Source of the DNA: Hormoscilla sp. | GTDB taxonomy: Bacteria; Cyanobacteriota; Cyanobacteriia; Cyanobacteriales; Desertifilaceae | Direction of reading: 5' to 3' | DNA: 50,560 nt | Assembly: GCA_051439505.1 (NCBI GenBank) | Contig: JBFRWI010000162.1 | Span: forward strand, 1 to 50,560 | Shown here: piece by piece, positions 46,585 through 50,560 of the stretch | Layout of the letters: each line of letters begins with the position of its first letter | Position numbering within the stretch: position 1 is the first letter of the stretch | Notes under the pieces: generated by a model | Seen by the model: the letters and a program-made list of their open reading frames with translations, nothing else | Told to the model about the DNA's origin: nothing | Databases searched by the model: none | Program-made: the position numbers and the translations under genes

Positions 46585-46614
46585 CTCGTCGTCAGTGTGC
46601 CTGGACAAACCGGA

Positions 46615-46740
46615 TCAGAGAAAAATAGGTACGTCTATATTTTGTTTTGCCCCAGCATAGTGTCTATAAATTGTTTCTGGACTGTTGCCTACCAGTTTCG
46701 CGACATCCTTAATGTCCATCCCGCCTTCTAGACATATTGA
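46615..46740 (-). pseudogene. C-terminal remnant of a tyrosine integrase
   Basis: Manual translation SICLEGGMDIKDVAKLVGNSPETIYRHYAGAKQNIDVPIFL*; matches box II (GNS...RHY); upstream RHT motif and the rest of the gene are absent. Confidence 0.8.
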
Positions 46741-46756
46741 GTTTAGGAGACTAATC

Positions 46757-47380
46757 ATGAATCAAGCACATCAAAAAAAATCGCTAAACTTTTTACGGTC
46801 GTAGACCGTAAAAAGTTTAGCGATTGCGGCGGTTTTAGCTGTTTTAATGCCAACTAACTCAGCTCAGGCTGCAACCATAACCATTGGTTTTGATGAATTC
46901 AGCAACTTTGAAACTATCTCAGGTGATACTTTTATAGATTTAGGTGTTGTTTTTGACAACTCCTTAAGGATTTTCGATGGCAGTACCGGGGCATTGCCTC
47001 AATCTCAACCAAACACGGCAGCAAGGGCCGTTCCCTTTGCAGGAGATATTAGCGGGTTTTTCACAGAGACAGTTGATTTTATTTCAGTCTTTGCAGGGGA
47101 TGGGGTCCGAGATATCGATACTGTAACTCTTCTAGGGTTCGATGAATTTGACAACATTGTTGCTTCTGACACTTTTTCAGCAGTCACAGCACAGACTTTA
47201 TCCATCTCTGGTCCTGGGATCGCTCGGTTTGAGATTAACAATGTTGGACGGATTGCCATAGATGACTTTACCTTCAATACTAAATCAGTTCCTGAACCAG
47301 TTTCAGTTGTTGGTTTATTAGCCCTTGGTGCCGTTGGTGCAGGTTCGATGTTAAAGCGCAAGATGTTAAAGCGCAAATAG
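46757..47380 (+). CDS. PEP-CTERM sorting-domain protein; signal-peptide region interrupted by in-frame TAG (46802-46804)
   Basis: AGGAGA RBS and ATG 46757 in frame with the 46847 ORF; KSLAIAAVLAVLMPTNSAQAA signal; VPEP, TM and KRK tail. Confidence 0.85.
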
Positions 47381-47387
47381 AATTACG

Positions 47388-47499
47388 GGCGTTGCACAAT
47401 AACGGGATGATGGGCATAGTTGCAAAAGTTTGAAACCTCGACTATAAGCCACGTTCAGTTATGTGCCAAAATGGCATCATCCCCAAAATGTGCAACGCC
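47388..47499. mobile_element. Second MITE of the GGCGTTGCACA family
   Basis: TIRs GGCGTTGCACAATAACGGGATGATG / CATCATCCCCAAAATGTGCAACGCC; 8-bp TSD GAATTACG at 47380-47387 and 47500-47507. Confidence 0.88.
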
Positions 47500-47633
47500 G
47501 AATTACGCTTTGTGGCATCAAATAAAAGATTCGTAACGGGCGCAGCTAGCGGTTGAGGGGCCGACGAAGATGTGTTGTTTCACGGAAGGAAGATTCGAGG
47601 TTTCAGCCTTTCCCCTCCAACTTCTGGATGCGC

Positions 47634-49616
47634 CTATATTGAGTCCCAATGGCGGATGAGTTCGGCCACAGACCAAGCTTGGGCAACGGTCCCCCTAGGG
47701 GCGTGGGGCCCATCCCCATCAAAAATCTCGGAAACCGAACCCATGCAAGCTTGCTGCTGAAAATGCTCCAGTAAGGGTTGCCAATTGAACGGAAGGGGTT
47801 CATCATAGAAGCGTTGCCAACTCCTGACAAAGGGACCGATTAGCCAACTCCAAACTGTACCCTGGTGGTATGCCCGATCGCGTTCTAGGCGCGAACCCCC
47901 GTAACGGCCAATATACTCGGGATCCTCTGGGGATAAGCTGCGCAAACCGTAAGGCGTCAGCAGGCGATCGCGTGCCACCTGTAGGATCCGACGTCCCTGT
48001 TCCGCTGGAAACCCACAATGATGCAAAGATAGGGCTAATATTGCATTGGGGCGAATGCTGGCATCCCGCCTGTCATTCGGATCGATGCGATCGTAAAGAT
48101 ATCCCAACTGTCCATTCCAAAACTTTTGTAAAGATGCCTTCACTTGCCGGGCTTCTCCTGCATGTCTAGCGGCGATCTCATGATGCCCCAGTTGCTGGGC
48201 CCACTGAGCGATCCAGCACAAAGCCGAGTACCAAAGAGCATTAATTTCTACCGGTTTGCCTGGACGGGGGGTGATCGGGTAACCGTCAATAACAGCATCC
48301 ATCCAAGTCAGGGCCACACCGGGCGCTTCCCAAGTCACCAATCCATCCGTAGCGTCAATGCAGATATTATAGAGAGTGCCGCCTCGGAAACCTTTGTAAA
48401 TCTGCCGCACCACTGGATATTGTTGCTCCAAGAAATCCCTATCCTGGGTCGCTTCCAGGTACAGCCCCAAAATTTCAATCCACCACAGGGCCGCGTCGAT
48501 ACTGTTGTAAGCTGGTTCGCAACCCCGATCGGGAAAAGCATTGGGAATCAATCCCTTCTGGCAATAGCGACCAAAAGTTGACAGCAGTCCCCGGGCCACC
48601 TCAAAGCGCTGGGTAGTTAAAGTTAACCCAGGCAAGGCAATGAGAGTATCCCGACCCCAGTCATTAAACCAATGATAACCGGCTATCACTGTCGGACCAG
48701 CAAGGTCGGCCCGGTAAACCAGAAAGCGATCGCCTGCCCGCAGCAATTGACGCCAAATGGGGCGATCGCTCAAGGAGAGTAAATTACCATAAATCCTTTC
48801 CAGTCTATGTTCTTCCCAGACAACAGCTTCGGTAAAATCCGAATTACTCACGGGGGGTGCTGATGCATCCAACCATCCCACTCTCGCTTCTAAAGTCACC
48901 GTCTCACCCGGTTGTAGAGTAACTCTCAAGTAACCGGGACTGTAGAGGTCTTCCGAGTAGGCCAATCCCCGCCGATGCTCTTCTGGTAAATAATAGTTCC
49001 AATACCAAAAACCTTCCGATGTATACTCCCCGGCACTCCAGCGCAACTGCCAGGGCGTTTGGGGTTGTCCGTCCCGAATTGCTTGCAAACATAGTGAGTG
49101 GGCCCTCGCCTCCGAAGAGAACTCTACCCCGAAGAAAGATTGCTGGTGGTGAAAGTCCCGATCGCCGATCAGCGGTCGCAACCTCAACACCGCCCTTTGA
49201 GAACCGCTGTAGCGATATTGAATCAAGATCCGATGCTGGAAATCCTGCGGTTCGCCAGCTTCTGGGTTTTCACTCATGCCGTAGGGCATGACCAACTGTC
49301 GCGACAGCTGCCAGTTATCCGTACCCCAAACCCAACTGGGCAGAGGGTCGCTTTCAAAGGAGAGCAGCAACCGGTAACCTAGAGGGGCGATCGCGCCATC
49401 GGACCAAAAATTCGTCCCTAACTCCCATACCCGCCCCCCTACATCCAGAGTCGCCTCCAAGTGAGAAAGCAAGAGAGTGCGGCCAGTTGGGGGATCGCTA
49501 GCAGCAATCAACCAACCGTGGTAAGTACGGGTACGGGCATCAGACACCGTACCCGTACTCATACTGCCCAACCCATTGGTCAGCAGCCATTCCCGCCGAT
49601 CCAGATTCTCCATCAT
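47634..49616 (-). CDS. Amylo-alpha-1,6-glucosidase (glycogen debranching enzyme family)
   Basis: REWLLTNGLG, IAGYHWFNDWGRDTLIALPGL, LTWMDA, GKPVEINALWY, AYHQGTVW, AQAWSVAE. Confidence 0.93.
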   Translation of the reverse strand: MMENLDRREWLLTNGLGSMSTGTVSDARTRTYHGWLIAASDPPTGRTLLLSHLEATLDVGGRVWELGTNFWSDGAIAPLGYRLLLSFESDPLPSWVWGTDNWQLSRQLVMPYGMSENPEAGEPQDFQHRILIQYRYSGSQRAVLRLRPLIGDRDFHHQQSFFGVEFSSEARAHSLCLQAIRDGQPQTPWQLRWSAGEYTSEGFWYWNYYLPEEHRRGLAYSEDLYSPGYLRVTLQPGETVTLEARVGWLDASAPPVSNSDFTEAVVWEEHRLERIYGNLLSLSDRPIWRQLLRAGDRFLVYRADLAGPTVIAGYHWFNDWGRDTLIALPGLTLTTQRFEVARGLLSTFGRYCQKGLIPNAFPDRGCEPAYNSIDAALWWIEILGLYLEATQDRDFLEQQYPVVRQIYKGFRGGTLYNICIDATDGLVTWEAPGVALTWMDAVIDGYPITPRPGKPVEINALWYSALCWIAQWAQQLGHHEIAARHAGEARQVKASLQKFWNGQLGYLYDRIDPNDRRDASIRPNAILALSLHHCGFPAEQGRRILQVARDRLLTPYGLRSLSPEDPEYIGRYGGSRLERDRAYHQGTVWSWLIGPFVRSWQRFYDEPLPFNWQPLLEHFQQQACMGSVSEIFDGDGPHAPRGTVAQAWSVAELIRHWDSI

Positions 49617-49705
49617 CGTGCCCCAGGATTTCAGTCCAATTATGCTATACTCATAATCGTTATGACTATGATATAGTTGTAACGATTTATGAAGGAGACT
49701 AAATT

Positions 49706-50302
49706 ATGACTGAAGGATGCCTGCGGGTGGGACAACCGGCCCCGGACTTTACCGCCACTGCTGTAGTCGCTCAAGAATTCAAGACGATTAAGCTGTCTGA
49801 CTATCAGGGCAAATATGTCGTCATATTCTTTTACCCCCTGGACTTCACCTTTGTTTGCCCCACTGAGATTACCGCCTTTAGCGATCAGTTTGAGGAATTC
49901 AAGAAGTTAGGCACGGAAGTTCTCGGCGTTTCCGTAGACAGCGAGTTTTCTCACCTAGCATGGATTCAAACAGACCGTAAGGAAGGCGGCGTCGGCGATC
50001 TCAACTATCCCTTGGTTTCCGACATCAAAAAAGAAATCAGCACCGCTTACAACGTACTCGATCCGGAAGCGGGCATTGCCCTGCGAGGTCTATTTATCAT
50101 TGACAAAGAGGGCATCATCCAACATGCTACCATCAACAACCTCGCCTTTGGTCGCAACGTTGATGAAACCCTACGGATACTGCAAGCCATCCAATACGTA
50201 CAAACTCATCCCGATGAAGTTTGCCCAGCTGGCTGGAAGCCCGGAGACAAGACTATGAACCCCGATCCGGTCAAGTCTAAAGTCTACTTTGCCGCTGTTT
50301 AG
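49706..50302 (+). CDS. ahpC: 2-Cys peroxiredoxin (AhpC/Prx1)
   Basis: [13 protein letters not shown] and EVCPAGW; GGVG and YF motifs. Confidence 0.96.
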   Translation: MTEGCLRVGQPAPDFTATAVVAQEFKTIKLSDYQGKYVVIFFYPLDFTFVCPTEITAFSDQFEEFKKLGTEVLGVSVDSEFSHLAWIQTDRKEGGVGDLNYPLVSDIKKEISTAYNVLDPEAGIALRGLFIIDKEGIIQHATINNLAFGRNVDETLRILQAIQYVQTHPDEVCPAGWKPGDKTMNPDPVKSKVYFAAV

Positions 50303-50311
50303 TCATCTATA

Positions 50312-50437
50312 GGTTCGTAGTTGCGCTTTAGCCGCCCGAACCCTAAAGGGCCCGGCTACACGAACAAAGCCCGCCTGCGCGGGCTAGATTATAAAAGTGA
50401 TATGCACCCGCTTTAGCGCTTTAGCGCAACTACGAAC
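50312..50437. repeat. Composite palindromic repeat element
   Basis: GTTCGTAGTTGCGCT...AGCGCAACTACGAAC ends enclosing CCCTAAAGGG..GCTACACGAACAAAGCCCGCCTGCGCGGGCT, also seen at about 2566-2610. Confidence 0.8.
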
Positions 50438-50477
50438 TCTAATTTCCTGACCCTATCAATCTCTAATACCTTTTACT

Positions 50478-50560
50478 ATGCTGACTTTAACAGACATTAA
50501 AGATGAGCGGTTTAGGAAAAACTTTTTCCCCATTCCTGCCACCACTACCCTCAGCTTGGG
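50478..50560 (+). CDS. Start of a probable AhpC/TSA-family redoxin gene (runs off the window)
   Basis: MLTLTDIKDERFRKNFFPIPATTTLSLG resembles cyanobacterial redoxin N-termini; follows the peroxiredoxin. Confidence 0.5.
   Translation, partial: MLTLTDIKDERFRKNFFPIPATTTLSL

Larger units (their letters stand above)
14757..46740. mobile_element. Integrated, probably defective, plasmid/provirus-like element next to tRNA-Ser
   Basis: Starts after the tRNA and ends at an integrase remnant; contains repressor, ParM, primase-helicase, MTases and fibre-like genes in two divergent arms; no attR copy of the tRNA end seen, so boundaries are approximate. Confidence 0.8.

Noticed and set aside
47348..47377. 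Short tandem duplication encoding MLKRK twice
   Set aside because: Trivial slippage duplication in the PEP-CTERM basic tail.

Overview
Cyanobacterial chromosome segment (abundant HIP1 GCGATCGC; psb34, HetZ-related, PEP-CTERM and TPS genes; the repeat families suggest a filamentous Oscillatoriales-type host, which is inference). Host genes occupy 1-14756 (TpsA/TpsB, thiG, psb34, TPR protein, HelY-like helicase, HetZ-related protein, metallophosphoesterase, tRNA-Ser(TGA)) and 46757-50560 (PEP-CTERM protein, amylo-alpha-1,6-glucosidase, 2-Cys peroxiredoxin). Between tRNA-Ser and a 41-codon tyrosine-integrase remnant (46615-46740) lies a ~32 kb plasmid/virus-like element with two divergent arms. 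The leftward arm carries an XRE repressor, ParM plus a ParR-like gene, an FtsK/HerA-like ATPase, ASCH and UvrD genes. The rightward arm carries a structured RNA leader with a tandem-duplicated motif, a single 1178-aa ORF fusing C5-cytosine MTase, N6-adenine MTase, radical SAM and coiled-coil modules, and a 1545-aa primase/helicase-like replicase with an internal palindrome at an apparent strand-skew switch. It then carries a structural module of fibre/spike-like proteins with no recognisable terminase, portal or HK97 capsid, a PRMT-like methyltransferase and a lone CheY-like receiver. Just outside the element, a PEP-CTERM gene is interrupted by a TAG at the tip of a perfect 22-bp hairpin; inverting the 3-nt loop would restore the frame. 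All protein calls are from motif recognition only; no database searches were run.
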